Assembly (NCBI GenBank): GCA_037200925.1
Contig: JBBCGO010000001.1
Span: 73,552 to 137,551 of the forward strand
Origin: Candidatus Doudnabacteria bacterium
GTDB lineage: Bacteria; Patescibacteriota; Doudnabacteria; UBA920; O2-02-FULL-48-8
Reading direction: 5' to 3'
DNA length: 64,000 nt
The translations under genes and the position numbers were made by a program. The first letter of the stretch is position 1; each line of letters starts with the position of its first letter. Below are positions 48,164 to 58,846 of this stretch, piece after piece. The notes under the pieces are model-generated. The model searched no databases. It had not been told where the DNA came from and was given only the letters and a program-made list of their open reading frames with translations.

Positions 48164-50185
48164 TCAGGCCAAAAAACTGATTATAAGAAGAGCCACGATA
48201 TTGATGATCTTGATCATGGGGTTGATGGCAGGGCCTGCAGTATCTTTGTAAGGATCGCCGACAGTATCACCCGTGACCGCGGCTTGATGCGCCAAAGAGT
48301 TCTTGCCGCCGTAATTGCCTTCTTCAATATATTTTTTTGCATTATCCCAAGCCGCCCCGCCGGAGGTCATGGAGATAGCCACGAACAGGCCGGTAATGAT
48401 CGAGCCGACCAGTACGCCTCCCAATGCTTTGGCGCCCAAGAACGGGATTATGCCGACCAGGATCGGCACCACAACCGGCAATAAAGCAGGCACGATCATT
48501 TCTTTAATAGCAGCCTTGGTCACGATGTCGACAGCTTTGCCGTAATCGGGTTTGGCCGTGCCGGCCATGATGCCGGGAATTTCCTTGAACTGTCTGCGGA
48601 CCTCTTCCACTACGGCGTGTCCCGCTTTACCTACTGCCTGCATGGCCATGGAAGCGAACAGGTACGGCAGCAAGGCCCCGATGATCAATCCGGCCAAAAC
48701 TTTTACGTCAGACAGATCAAACGTCAGATGTTTGCCAAGAGCATTTAACTCTTCCGTGTAAGAAGCGAATAATACGACTGCGGCCAATCCCGCTGATGCG
48801 ATCGCATAACCCTTGGTCACAGCCTTGGTCGTATTGCCCACCGCATCCAAAGCATCAGTTGATTCGCGTACAGATTCCGGCAGGCCCGCCATTTCCGCAA
48901 TGCCGCCCGCATTGTCCGTGATGGGTCCGAAAGCGTCAATCGCTACGATAATGCCGGCCATGGAGAGCATGGAAACCACGGCGATGGCTGTGCCGTAAAT
49001 ACTGGAGCCGGGAAGGCCATCGAGCCCGCCAAAGTGATAAGAAAGCAAGATCCCGCTGATGATTGCAAGCACCGGCAGCGCCGTGGCTTGCATGGATACA
49101 GCCAGGCCCGTGATTATATTCGTGCCGTGCCCTGTTGTTGAGGCTTCGGCAATTGACCGGACGGGCTTGAATTTTTTTGACGTGTAATATTCGGTTATCA
49201 GGACCATGGCCGCGGTAACTCCCAAGCCGACTAGAGTTGAATAAAAAAAGCCTTTGCTGAAAAGCGGAATGAACAGGCTTTTGGTGACCCAGTAAAATCC
49301 GAGCGCCGCCAGAATAGCGGATACTGCCAGGCCCTTATAAAGCGCAGTCATGATGGCTTTGTCCACAAGCCGGACAAAGAATGTGCCGATAATGGAAGCA
49401 AAGATCGATACGGCGCCCAGTGCCAGAGGATAAAGAATGAAAAGAGAGTTGCCTTTAAATATAATGTTGCCCAAAAGCATGGCCGCGATGGTGGTCACGG
49501 CGTAGGTTTCAAACAGGTCCGCGGCCATGCCGGCATCATCCCCGACATTGTCGCCGACATTGTCCGCGATCACCGCAGGATTCCTGGGGTCATCTTCCGG
49601 AATGCCGGCTTCAATTTTTCCGACCAGATCAGCCCCGACATCCGCGCCTTTGGTAAAGATCCCTCCGCCAAGCCGGGCAAACACTGAGATCAGGCTCGCT
49701 CCAAAAGCCAGGCCGACCAGGGATTTGATGTCCCCTGTAAATTTATAAAATAAGGTCACTGCCAAAAGCCCTAAGCCCACAACAAAAAATCCCGTGACCG
49801 CCCCTCCTTTGAAAGCCAGCGAGAAAGCAGGCTCTAGCCCGGACTTGGCCGCTTCGGCTGTGCGGACATTGGCTCTCACGGCCACGAACATTCCGATAAA
49901 CCCGGCGCATGCCGAGGCTATCGCTCCGACTGCGAATCCTTCCGCGGAATGAACACCCAGATATTTCCAGATTATCAGATCCAGGACCACTGCCACCACT
50001 GCCACAGTCGAATATTGGCGGAAGAGAAATGCATTTGCGCCTTCCTGGATGGCGGCTGCGATCTCCTGCATTTTTTTATCGCCCGTAGGTTTTCCCAGGA
50101 CCCAATAAGTGATGATCAGTCCGTAAGCAATTGCAGCCAACCCCGCGACGACCGAAAGCATGAAAATACTTGATTCTGAGAGCAT
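48164..50185 (-). CDS. hppA: Membrane-bound ion-translocating pyrophosphatase, likely K+-independent H+-PPase
   Basis: [40 protein letters not shown] (Lys = K+-independent signature), [11 protein letters not shown]. Confidence 0.96.
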   Translation of the reverse strand: MLSESSIFMLSVVAGLAAIAYGLIITYWVLGKPTGDKKMQEIAAAIQEGANAFLFRQYSTVAVVAVVLDLIIWKYLGVHSAEGFAVGAIASACAGFIGMFVAVRANVRTAEAAKSGLEPAFSLAFKGGAVTGFFVVGLGLLAVTLFYKFTGDIKSLVGLAFGASLISVFARLGGGIFTKGADVGADLVGKIEAGIPEDDPRNPAVIADNVGDNVGDDAGMAADLFETYAVTTIAAMLLGNIIFKGNSLFILYPLALGAVSIFASIIGTFFVRLVDKAIMTALYKGLAVSAILAALGFYWVTKSLFIPLFSKGFFYSTLVGLGVTAAMVLITEYYTSKKFKPVRSIAEASTTGHGTNIITGLAVSMQATALPVLAIISGILLSYHFGGLDGLPGSSIYGTAIAVVSMLSMAGIIVAIDAFGPITDNAGGIAEMAGLPESVRESTDALDAVGNTTKAVTKGYAIASAGLAAVVLFASYTEELNALGKHLTFDLSDVKVLAGLIIGALLPYLFASMAMQAVGKAGHAVVEEVRRQFKEIPGIMAGTAKPDYGKAVDIVTKAAIKEMIVPALLPVVVPILVGIIPFLGAKALGGVLVGSIITGLFVAISMTSGGAAWDNAKKYIEEGNYGGKNSLAHQAAVTGDTVGDPYKDTAGPAINPMIKIINIVALLIISFLA

Positions 50186-50218
50186 AGTAAAAAGATATTA
50201 AGTGTTAAACCTTAGCAA

Positions 50219-50488
50219 TTATAGCATGCCCTGAAACTTTTCGGCCAGAAGTTTCTTAAGCTTTTCCTGCGCTTCCTGGTGGGCTTCCTTGATATTTTTT
50301 TCTATTTCCGGATGATGCAGATCTATTTCCTGGGAGATGTCGACCTTGATAAGTTCATGATTGCCGTTTAAGGTCACGCTGAAAAAGCCGTCTTTTGAAG
50401 AGCCTGTGACTTGTTCAAAAGCCATTTGTTTTTGGATCTCCTGCGCCTGCTTCCGCAGATTATACAGGTCTTTCAGCTGGTCAAACAT
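50219..50488 (-). CDS. YbaB/EbfC nucleoid-associated protein
   Basis: KQAQEIQKQM..VTGSS..VTLNG..VDI. Confidence 0.85.
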   Translation of the reverse strand: MFDQLKDLYNLRKQAQEIQKQMAFEQVTGSSKDGFFSVTLNGNHELIKVDISQEIDLHHPEIEKNIKEAHQEAQEKLKKLLAEKFQGML

Positions 50489-50568
50489 GCGCTGATTATA
50501 GCACGTTGATTTGCCATCCCAAATCCTCTATAGTGTGGACAAGGAGCGGCAGTCAAGGGAGGAATGTT

Positions 50569-50772
50569 ATGAACGGATTGTTTGCGGAACAAGCCCCTGT
50601 GCAGACGTCGGGTCAATGGAAGCGGATCGCGCTTACAGTCGTGCTGATCGTCATCATCGCAGGGCTGATGCTTTGGCTGGCTCTGGGGAACAGGGCGTCC
50701 AGCCAATCCAGCTCGCCGCAGAAGGCACCATCACCAAGCAGCGCGATCTTCTCACTGCCGTTCAACACCTGA
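50569..50772 (+). CDS. Orphan small single-TM protein
   Basis: GGGAGG SD; one TM; hairpin + TTTTTCTTTT after it. Confidence 0.5.
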   Translation: MNGLFAEQAPVQTSGQWKRIALTVVLIVIIAGLMLWLALGNRASSQSSSPQKAPSPSSAIFSLPFNT

Positions 50773-50858
50773 AATTTCAGCCACGCAAGTGCAAGGTTGC
50801 CTGACCTGTGCGCTTTTTCTTTTTAATTCTATTCACCGGGTTGTGCTAAACTTAGGTT

Positions 50859-51560
50859 ATGGACTATAAAAAAGTCAGCATAATCATCCCGGTTTACAAT
50901 GAGCGCGCGACGGTCCAAATAGTTCTCGATCAGGTTAAAGCCGTTTCAATCGGCAATATGGAAAAAGAGATCATTTTAGTGGACGACCATTCTACTGACG
51001 GTACGACTGAGCTTTTAAAAAATTTGAATGACCCGCAAATAATAGTATTCACGCATGAAATAAATCTCGGAAAAGGCGGGGCACTCCACACGGGTTTTAA
51101 GCAAGCCTCAGGGGATATTGTGGTAATCCAGGATGCCGATCTGGAGTATGATGCCAGCGAAATAGAAAAAGTAATAGCGCCTTTTTTGGAACAGAATGCC
51201 CATGTGGTTTACGGCTCCCGGTATCTTGAAAAGCAAGGGTTAAGTTTTTGGCACAGTTTTTTTAACAGAATATTTACCGGGTTTTCCAACCGGTTGACAG
51301 GCCAGAACCTGACGGATATCATGACTTGCTACAAAGCCTTCAACCGGCAGGCGCTGAGCTCTGTAGTTGACAAACTGGAATCAAAACGATTCGGGTTTGA
51401 GCCTGAGGTCACAGCCAAACTACATCGGGCCGGGTTTACTATCATTGAAGTGCCGGTCTCATATCGGCCGAGATCGCGCGGAGAAGGCAAGCATATGAAT
51501 TTTAAAGGCCAGGTAGAGTCGTTATGGGCCTTGGTCAAGTACTCACTATTAAAGAAATAA
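50859..51560 (+). CDS. GT2 glycosyltransferase (DPM synthase-like)
   Basis: IIIPVYNE, VDDHSTDGT, NLGKG, QDADLEY, GSRY, RFGFEPE. Confidence 0.93.
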   Translation: MDYKKVSIIIPVYNERATVQIVLDQVKAVSIGNMEKEIILVDDHSTDGTTELLKNLNDPQIIVFTHEINLGKGGALHTGFKQASGDIVVIQDADLEYDASEIEKVIAPFLEQNAHVVYGSRYLEKQGLSFWHSFFNRIFTGFSNRLTGQNLTDIMTCYKAFNRQALSSVVDKLESKRFGFEPEVTAKLHRAGFTIIEVPVSYRPRSRGEGKHMNFKGQVESLWALVKYSLLKK

Positions 51561-51561
51561 T

Positions 51562-52225
51562 ATGACTGAAATATTTTCCAGAAAAAAATATTATTATTGC
51601 CGCGGTTATTATACTCGTGGTATTAGCTGCAGTGTTTTTCAGATCCCAGATGGTTCCGTCGTCAGTAGTTTTGCAAGTACCGTTTACACCGCAGGCTCCT
51701 ACGGACAATTGGAGCCGGAACGAAGACTGCGAAGAAGCCAGCGTTACCATGGCCAATGCATATCTTAATGGTCAGACTCAAGACCAGATGTCGGCGGACG
51801 ACGCCCAGAATGCCATAAATCAGCTCAAGAATTGGGAAAATATCAATGCAGGCTATAATATGAACACTGGGGCTGATGCCACGACGCATATGGCGCAAGG
51901 TGCCTTTGGGATATTAGTCACGCCTATTCTAAATTACTCAGAGCAGGATTTAAAAAAAGCGCTGGCTGAAAAGCACGTGGTTTTATTGCCGCTGAACGCT
52001 AAAATATTAAATCCGGCAAAGTACAATGACAATGGCCCTTTGTATCATATGATCGTGGTCCGCGGCTATAATGAAAAAGAGTTCATTGTTAATGATCCGG
52101 GAACCAATTCGGGCGACGGTAATACGTATACATTTGATACTTTAAAAAAAGCTTCGGCAGACTGGGATCAGGCAGCCAAGGCTATGGATCCCAACAGAAA
52201 AGTCGCGCTGATATTATCTAAGTAA
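51562..52225 (+). CDS. C39-like peptidase (probable +1 frameshift in A-run ~51582-51588)
   Basis: VPFTPQAP, CEEAS, YHMIVVRGY, VNDPG; removing one A joins MTEIFSRK to a TM signal. Confidence 0.8.
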
Positions 52226-52269
52226 CAGGTTGAAAACTTGGCCTAAAAATGATAAAATAAAAAAAACTG

Positions 52270-52343
52270 TGGGGAGTAGCCAAGTGGTAAGGCAATGGAC
52301 TCTGAATCCATCATCGAAGGTCCGAATCCTTCCTCCCCAGCCA
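52270..52343 (+). tRNA. tRNA-Gln(CTG)
   Basis: TGGGGAG/CTCCCCA acceptor stem, D-arm GCC..GGC, ATGGA-CTCTGAA-TCCAT, T-arm GAAGG/CCTTC, encoded CCA. Confidence 0.95.
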
Positions 52344-52359
52344 AAAAAACCAAAGAAAA

Positions 52360-52810
52360 ATGAAAATCATCGCAGGACAATTCGTTCCCAAAGATCTGCC
52401 TAAAAGACGCGATGTTATTTTTCTTGGCGCGAGGTCTTCTAGAGCCAGAGAAAATTATAATACTACTGCTGCGGATTTTGTTCTGCAAAACTGGATCCGG
52501 AAATATTTTAAAAAATCCGGTGTTTGTGACTGACATGATCAAAACCAAAGGCAGAGCCGGCAAACGTTTCAGAGAATGGGAAAAAGATGCAACGTTCAAA
52601 AACATTCTTCTAAAAGAACTTAAAACTATAAACCCGCACATTATTGTCGTCATGAACCGTAAGGCTGAGGAAATATTAAAAAATGACCCGTTATTTTTAA
52701 AGTACAAAAAACGGGTCCGATCAATTTATCCGCCATATTATGTTGCGCGGTGGAATAAATTCAGGGATTGGGATTCTCAATTTAAAAATATTGTAAAAGC
52801 CTTAAAGTGA
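52360..52810 (+). CDS. Uracil-DNA glycosylase-like superfamily protein (probable +1 frameshift ~52506-52515)
   Basis: VIFLGA in the first frame; VFVTDMIK, ELKTINPHIIVVM, IYPP in the second. Confidence 0.5.
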
Positions 52811-52847
52811 AACTATTTTTTGCTTTAGTCGTATAATTAATAAAACA

Positions 52848-53315
52848 ATGAAAAAATATCTGATTTCGATTGCCGTGGTTCTGATTTTTGGGTTCTATGT
52901 CGCCTACGAGAGAGGCGTTTTTAAAAGAAATGATAACAATATAGCGGTTTATCCTGATCCGGTAAGCCAGGTTCCGCCCGCTCCGGCACCCTCTCCGACA
53001 CCTGCACCAACCCCGACGCCGGTGGCGTCAGGGCAGTATAAGGATGGAGAATATACAGGTAATGTAGCTGACGCGTTTTACGGCCCTTTGCAGGTTAAAG
53101 CTGTAATCAGCGGCGGTAAGATCACTGATGTGCAATTTTTGCAGTATCCGAATGATAGGCCTGAATCAATCCAGGTCAATACTGCTTCTAACCCGATACT
53201 TAAGAAGGAAGCGATCGCAACCCAAAGCGCGAAAGTAGATATTGTGTCCGGAGCCACGCAAAGCAGCGAAGCGTTTCAGCAATCACTGGCTGCAGCGCTG
53301 GGTCAGGCCAAATAG
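52848..53315 (+). CDS. FMN-binding (flavinylated) extracytoplasmic protein
   Basis: TM + Pro linker; YKDGEYTG, VDIVSGAT (ApbE substrate motif). Confidence 0.9.
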   Translation: MKKYLISIAVVLIFGFYVAYERGVFKRNDNNIAVYPDPVSQVPPAPAPSPTPAPTPTPVASGQYKDGEYTGNVADAFYGPLQVKAVISGGKITDVQFLQYPNDRPESIQVNTASNPILKKEAIATQSAKVDIVSGATQSSEAFQQSLAAALGQAK

Positions 53316-53318
53316 CGC

Positions 53319-54047
53319 ATGAAACAAACGAAGATAATAATGGGCATGCCGGTTACGGTTGAAATAATCGATGATAAAGACCCGGAAGTTTTAGGCCGGG
53401 TTTTTGATTATTTTACCGAAGTTGATGAAAGGTTCAGTACCTATAAAAAGGAAAGCGAAATCAGCAGGCTCAACTGCGGCGAAATTGCGCTTGCTGACGC
53501 AAGCGGAGAAATGAAGACCGTATTTGAACTGGCGGAAAAAACAAAAAATGAAACTCGCGGATATTTTGACATTAGAAAACCGGACGGCAATTTCGATCCA
53601 TCCGGACTTGTCAAAGGCTGGGCGATCAATAATGCCGCAAAATTATTAGACCGGGAGGGAGTTAAAGAATTTTATGTTGAAGCCGGCGGCGACATCCAAA
53701 CCGCGGGCAAGATCTGGAAAATCGGGATTAAAAATCCGTTCAATCAAAAAGAAATTATCAAAGTTGTTCATCTGCGCGGCCAAGGGATAGCAACATCGGG
53801 GTCATACGAGCGCGGGAACCATATTTACAACCCTCACCAAAAAGGGCAAAATATTGACGAGATCGTCAGTTTAACTGTCATCGGACCGAATGTGTATGAA
53901 GCCGACCGGTTTGCCACAGCCGCGTTTGCAATGGGCAGGGACGGGATTATCTTCATCGAAAACCTTTCCGGGTTTGAAGCATACATGGTAGATAAAAAAG
54001 GGATCGGTACAGAGACAAGCGGGTTTGGAAAGTATACAAATGCTTAA
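53319..54047 (+). CDS. apbE: FAD:protein FMN transferase
   Basis: IMGM, FSTYKKESEISRLN, DPSGLVKGW, AGGDI, ATSGSYERG, ADRFATA. Confidence 0.93.
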   Translation: MKQTKIIMGMPVTVEIIDDKDPEVLGRVFDYFTEVDERFSTYKKESEISRLNCGEIALADASGEMKTVFELAEKTKNETRGYFDIRKPDGNFDPSGLVKGWAINNAAKLLDREGVKEFYVEAGGDIQTAGKIWKIGIKNPFNQKEIIKVVHLRGQGIATSGSYERGNHIYNPHQKGQNIDEIVSLTVIGPNVYEADRFATAAFAMGRDGIIFIENLSGFEAYMVDKKGIGTETSGFGKYTNA

Positions 54048-55542
54048 TTTCATAGATAACTATCTGAACAAGATCACGATGTACCGTCTGGTGCTGTATT
54101 TTTTGGCGGCACTTATGATCTGGGCTATCGGTCTTTGTTTTTTTGGTGTTCTGGCGTTCAAACCACTTGATCTTATTTTTTCAGCCGTTATTTTGATAGC
54201 GGCCTCGTGGATAGCCAACGCCCTGTTCGCCGCGGCTTTTAAAGTTCCTGCCAACGTTGAATCAGATTATATTACAGCTCTGATTTTAGCGCTGATCATC
54301 ACACCGCCGTCAGCCACCGGCTCTCATTATTTTTCGGGATTGGCTTTTCTGATCGCAGCAGCTGTGCTGGCGCAGGCTTCCAAGTATATTTTGGCTTACA
54401 AGGCAAAACATATTTTTAACCCGGCGGCATTTGCTCTGGTCGTAACCGCATTTACTATCAACCAGTCGCCCAGCTGGTGGATCGGAACGCTTTGGATGCT
54501 GCCGGTGGTGCTGATCGGCGGGCTTTTGGTCGCGCGAAAGATCCAAAGGTTTGACCTGGTTCTAAGTTTCCTGGTCATGGCTCTAGTTTCAATTATTGCC
54601 CTGTCTCCCTCCAAATCAGATCCGGTATTTTTGGTTCGCAAGATCCTTGTTGATTCACCGATCGTGTTTTTTGCCTTTATCATGCTGACCGAGCCTGTCA
54701 CAACACCGCCGACCATGAGGCGGAGGATCTTTTATGGCGCATTCGTCGGGTTGCTGTTCGGCCCTTCGGTCCACATCGGCAATATTTACTCCACGCCTGA
54801 GCTTGCGTTAGTGGTGGGAAATGTTTTTGCTTATATTCTGAGCCCAAAAGTAAAGCACCTTCTAACCCTTAAATCTAAAGAAGCCGTTGGTGCGGATACT
54901 TATGACCTCGTCTTCCAATCCAAACACCCGATGAAATTTGAGCCGGGCCAGTATCTGGAATGGACCGTCGGCCATAAAAAACCCGACAATCGGGGCAACC
55001 GCAGATACTTTACTATCGCCTCGTCGCCTACGGAACCGGAAGTGCATCTTGGCGTAAAATTTTATCCTCAAGCAAGCAGCTTTAAACGAACTTTGTTCGA
55101 TCTGCCTGCCGGCAGCCATGTTCTGGCCGGTCAACTAGCAGGTGATTTTACCTTGCCCCAAGATCAGGCGAGAAAACTGGCTTTTATCGCAGGAGGCATA
55201 GGCATCACGCCTTTTAGGAGCATGGTCAAATACCTGTCGGATAAAAATGAAAAGCGCGACATTGTCCTGTTCTATTCGAACAAAACCGAGGGAGAGGTCG
55301 CGTATAAGGACGTTTTATCGGCAGCTTCCGAAAAGATAAACTTGAAAACGATCTACCTGATAACGGAAAAAACAGGCTATTTGACTGCTGAAAAGATCAG
55401 GGCGGAAGCGCCGGATTTTTTTGACCGGACTTTTTATGTTTCCGGCCCGCGCGGCATGGTCCGGGCTTTTGAAAAGACCTTAAATGATATGGGCATTCCC
55501 AGAACGCAGATCAAGACAGACTTTTTCCCGGGTTTTGTTTGA
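54040..55542 (+). CDS. RnfD/NqrB-like membrane domain fused to FNR-type NAD(P)H oxidoreductase
   Basis: HIFNPA, MLTEPVTTP; RYFTIASSP, AGGIGITPF, YVSGP. Confidence 0.88.
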   Translation: MLNFIDNYLNKITMYRLVLYFLAALMIWAIGLCFFGVLAFKPLDLIFSAVILIAASWIANALFAAAFKVPANVESDYITALILALIITPPSATGSHYFSGLAFLIAAAVLAQASKYILAYKAKHIFNPAAFALVVTAFTINQSPSWWIGTLWMLPVVLIGGLLVARKIQRFDLVLSFLVMALVSIIALSPSKSDPVFLVRKILVDSPIVFFAFIMLTEPVTTPPTMRRRIFYGAFVGLLFGPSVHIGNIYSTPELALVVGNVFAYILSPKVKHLLTLKSKEAVGADTYDLVFQSKHPMKFEPGQYLEWTVGHKKPDNRGNRRYFTIASSPTEPEVHLGVKFYPQASSFKRTLFDLPAGSHVLAGQLAGDFTLPQDQARKLAFIAGGIGITPFRSMVKYLSDKNEKRDIVLFYSNKTEGEVAYKDVLSAASEKINLKTIYLITEKTGYLTAEKIRAEAPDFFDRTFYVSGPRGMVRAFEKTLNDMGIPRTQIKTDFFPGFV

Positions 55543-55614
55543 GGGTTGTGGATAAAATCCGTTTGACTCAGAAACCATTTTTGCTAGTATAGGGCATAAT
55601 TAAGAAAGAAATCT

Positions 55615-56629
55615 ATGCCAAAAATAATGGCGGAATATATCTGGGTTGACGGGGGAAAACCGACGGCCAGCCTGCGCTCAAAGACAAAAATTTTGGATTA
55701 TGAGGTCAGGATCTTATCTGACGCACCGGACTGGGGATTTGACGGCTCTTCCACTATGCAGGCCGAAGGCCCACAACAGCGATTGCGCACTGAAGCCCGT
55801 GTTCTTTGTCCCTGACCCGATCCGCGGTGCGCCGCACGTTTTGGTTTTATGCGAAGTTTTTGAAGCAAGCGGCATGGCGCATCCGAGCAATACCCGTGCG
55901 AGACTTCGAACTCTCGCAGAAACATACAAAGACCTGGAACCGTGGTTTGGCATAGAACAGGAATACACTTTATTTAAAAACGAGCGACCGCTGGGATTTC
56001 CCAAGGATGGGTTTCCTGCTCCACAAGGGCCATACTATTGCGGCGTCGGTGCGGAAAAGATCTTCGGCAGGGGATTGATAGAGGACCATATGGGCGTTTG
56101 CATAAGAGCCGGCCTTCAGATCTGTGGCATCAATGCCGAAGTTATGCCGGGGCAATGGGAATTTCAAATAGGTCCGTTGGGCTCTCTGGCGGTTTCAGAT
56201 CACATGATGGTCGCCCGATGGCTTTTGGAAAGGCTGGGGGAGAACTACGGCATTGCGGTTTCTTTTTCACCCAAACCGGTCTTGGGCGACTGGAACGGTG
56301 CCGGGGGCTCACGTAAATTTTTCCACCAAGGCCATGCGAGCGCCGGGAGGAATAGAAGCCGTCAAAGAAGCCTGCGAGAAACTGAAATTGAAGCATACCG
56401 AGCATATTGCCGTTTACGGGGGCGGGAAATGGACACCAGGCTGACCGGAAAGCACGAAACCGCAAACATCAACGAATTTCGATATGGCGTTTCTGATCGC
56501 GGAGCATCGATCAGAATTCCCATGTCCACCGCCAACAATAAATCCGGCTATTTGGAGGACAGAAGGCCTGCCGCAAACATGGACCCTTATCAGGTTACGG
56601 CACGGTTGATCGAAACCGTTGCCGGCTGA
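55615..56629 (+). CDS. glnII: Glutamine synthetase type II with several apparent +1 frameshifts
   Basis: [69 protein letters not shown]; extra bases at ~55771, ~56305, ~56420, ~56431. Confidence 0.88.
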
Positions 56630-56707
56630 TGGGGAAATCTCAAAGTCGCCTAGTAGGCGGCTTTTTGGTATGATTATGTATATCGCAAGCGTAAGTATTT
56701 GAAACTC

Positions 56708-57085
56708 ATGAAAGAAGACAAACTGGCCAAAGAACTGGAAACTTACAGGCAATTGGCCAAAAATGATAAAAAGATCGATGTTGCAAGCCTGGCGATAAGC
56801 GCCATGCTGCAGCAGGAATCCAACCGTGCTCACCGCTTAAAGAAAAGCGCTGGGCTTATCTGATCTCCATCGGCGTGCCGCCGTTTGGGCCTGTTCTTTG
56901 CCTTTAAGTTCTATTTCAGCGGCAAGGACGACGGGGAACAAGCCGCCTGGATCTGCGCGTTGCTGACAGCCGTGTCGCTTCTGTCATTTGTGCTGATCGG
57001 CAAGATCCTTTTATCATCAAGCGGCACAAATGTAAACCAGATCACGCCGTCGCTCATTCCGCAACTGCAGCAGATTACGAACTAG
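56708..57085 (+). CDS. Hypothetical membrane protein (apparent frameshifts)
   Basis: MKEDKLAKEL.. joins KRWAYLISIGVPPFGLFFA.. if three single duplicated bases are removed. Confidence 0.55.
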
Positions 57086-57111
57086 CACTTCCATTTCTAA
57101 ATCGAAACTAC

Positions 57112-57142
57112 CTAAAAACCCCGTCATAGGCGGGGTTTTTAG
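57112..57142. terminator. Bidirectional terminator
   Basis: CTAAAAACCCCG-TCATAGG-CGGGGTTTTTAG between convergent units. Confidence 0.75.
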
Positions 57143-57288
57143 CAAAAAGGTTGACGTTTCCATTGTATGTAGGCAACACTCCTAATTAATTTATTAGGCC
57201 AAAGGCCTAGCCGGCCTGCTGGCTGGTTGCTACGAGGAAACGCATACTTGCGCTACTTCATTTAGCATCCTTATATCTCTCCCTTCAA
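57143..57288 (-). ncRNA. Candidate structured small RNA
   Basis: Minus-strand TTGACA-16-TAAGAT promoter (57320-57293), nested stems, downstream terminator; no ORF longer than ~12 codons seen. Confidence 0.4.
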
Positions 57289-57337
57289 AGTTATCTTAAT
57301 ACCAGGCTATTAATTGTCAATTAGTACGAATGCACAA

Positions 57338-58725
57338 CTAGTAAGAATCCCGGTCATTGCGATAACTGATACGGTTCGAGTCAAAAGGCTTCCGGTGATT
57401 GGCATCAAAACCCTGGTCCTGCGGCGCTCCCGGCTTGTGCGCGGAAACTGCTCGCGTTGTTTGAAGCGGCTTTTGGATTTTCTGCCTCCTGAGGGGAAAT
57501 TGCCTTGGCCTGTCGCTTCTTGGGAAGCGTTCATTCCTCTGCTGGGTTTGCCGCACATAACCGTGCCTTGGCTGTTCGGGCTGCGTAAACCCTGTTGCCA
57601 GGTCCGGGGATTGTTTTACGGGCAGATTGATCTTGATCAGGCGCTCAATGGACCGAACATCCTGCCTCTGGTCGGGAGTGGCAAACGACACAGCTTTGCC
57701 CGACATTCCTGCTCTGGCCGTTCGGCCGATGCGGGTGCACATAGTCCTCCGGATTTTCCGGCAGGTCATAATTGATAACCAGTTCAATTCCGGTGACATC
57801 AATGCCGCGCGCTGCAATGTCTGTGGCGACGAGAACTCTATGCCGGCCGATCTTAAATCCCTCCAAAGCTTCCTTTCGCTGGCCCAAAGATCGGTTTGAA
57901 TGGATCTCTGATGCGGTATGCCCCATATTTCTTACGGCATGCGCGATCTTTTTTGCGCCGTATTTCGTCCGGGTAAAGATCAGCACCGAACCTTTATGTT
58001 CAGCCCAGAACTTTGGCAAGCAACGCCAGTTTTTTTTCGCGGTTAACAAAAAATACTTCTTGGGTCACATCGCTCGCAGTGGATCCGGCGGGGGCGACTT
58101 CAATCCTTATCGGAAGAGACATGTATGTTGTGGCGATCCGCACGATCGGATCAGGCATGGTGGCGGAGAACAGCATGGTCTGGCGCACCTTCGGGACCTT
58201 TGCCAGAATTTTCCGGATCTGCGGCTCAAAGCCCATATCCAGCATTCGGTCAGCCTCATCCAGGACCAGAATTGAAACGTTTGACAGATCTAGCGTGCGC
58301 TGTTCCAGATGGTCGTTCAACCGCCCCGGCGTGCCGATGACGATATGAGGGTTCTGCCTTAGCGCGCGGATCTGGCGGTTTATAGGTTCGCCGCCGATGA
58401 GCACTGCGGTTTTAAGCCCGAGCGAACGGCCGATCTTTTGTAATGCTTCGTCCACCTGGATGGCCAGTTCACGGGTCGGCAAAATAACCAGACCGCGGCC
58501 TTTATGCTGGACCAGCCGCTGGATCATAGGAATACCAAAAGCCAGGGTCTTGCCGGTCCCTGTTTGAGCAATGCCCATGACATCCTTGCCTGCGATCGCG
58601 ATCGGTATTGATTGATGCTGGATCGGAGTCGGGGTAATAAATTTTAATTGCGCTAAAATCTCCAGAAGCTTAGGCGCAATTCCTAAGCCTTCAAATGAGG
58701 TAGTCTGCAACGCTTGAGCGTTCAT
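57338..58725 (-). CDS. DEAD-box RNA helicase (RhlE-like), two or more apparent +1 frameshifts
   Basis: AQTGTGKT, PTRELA, TPGR, DEAD, SAT, ARGID, HRIGRTARAG across three frames; breaks at ~58005 and ~57734. Confidence 0.9.
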
Positions 58726-58846
58726 AAAAAAATTCTTGACCCGAGCTCCAATGGGTCAAGAAAGACAATATTGGTTTCGAGTCGGTATAAATTGAATGAC
58801 AACTAATTTTAACTTTTTTTGGCCGTTTTGTCAATACTTTGATAAA

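Noticed and set aside
52270-55542. tRNA-anchored genomic island
   Set aside because: No integrase and no duplicated tRNA 3' end noticed.
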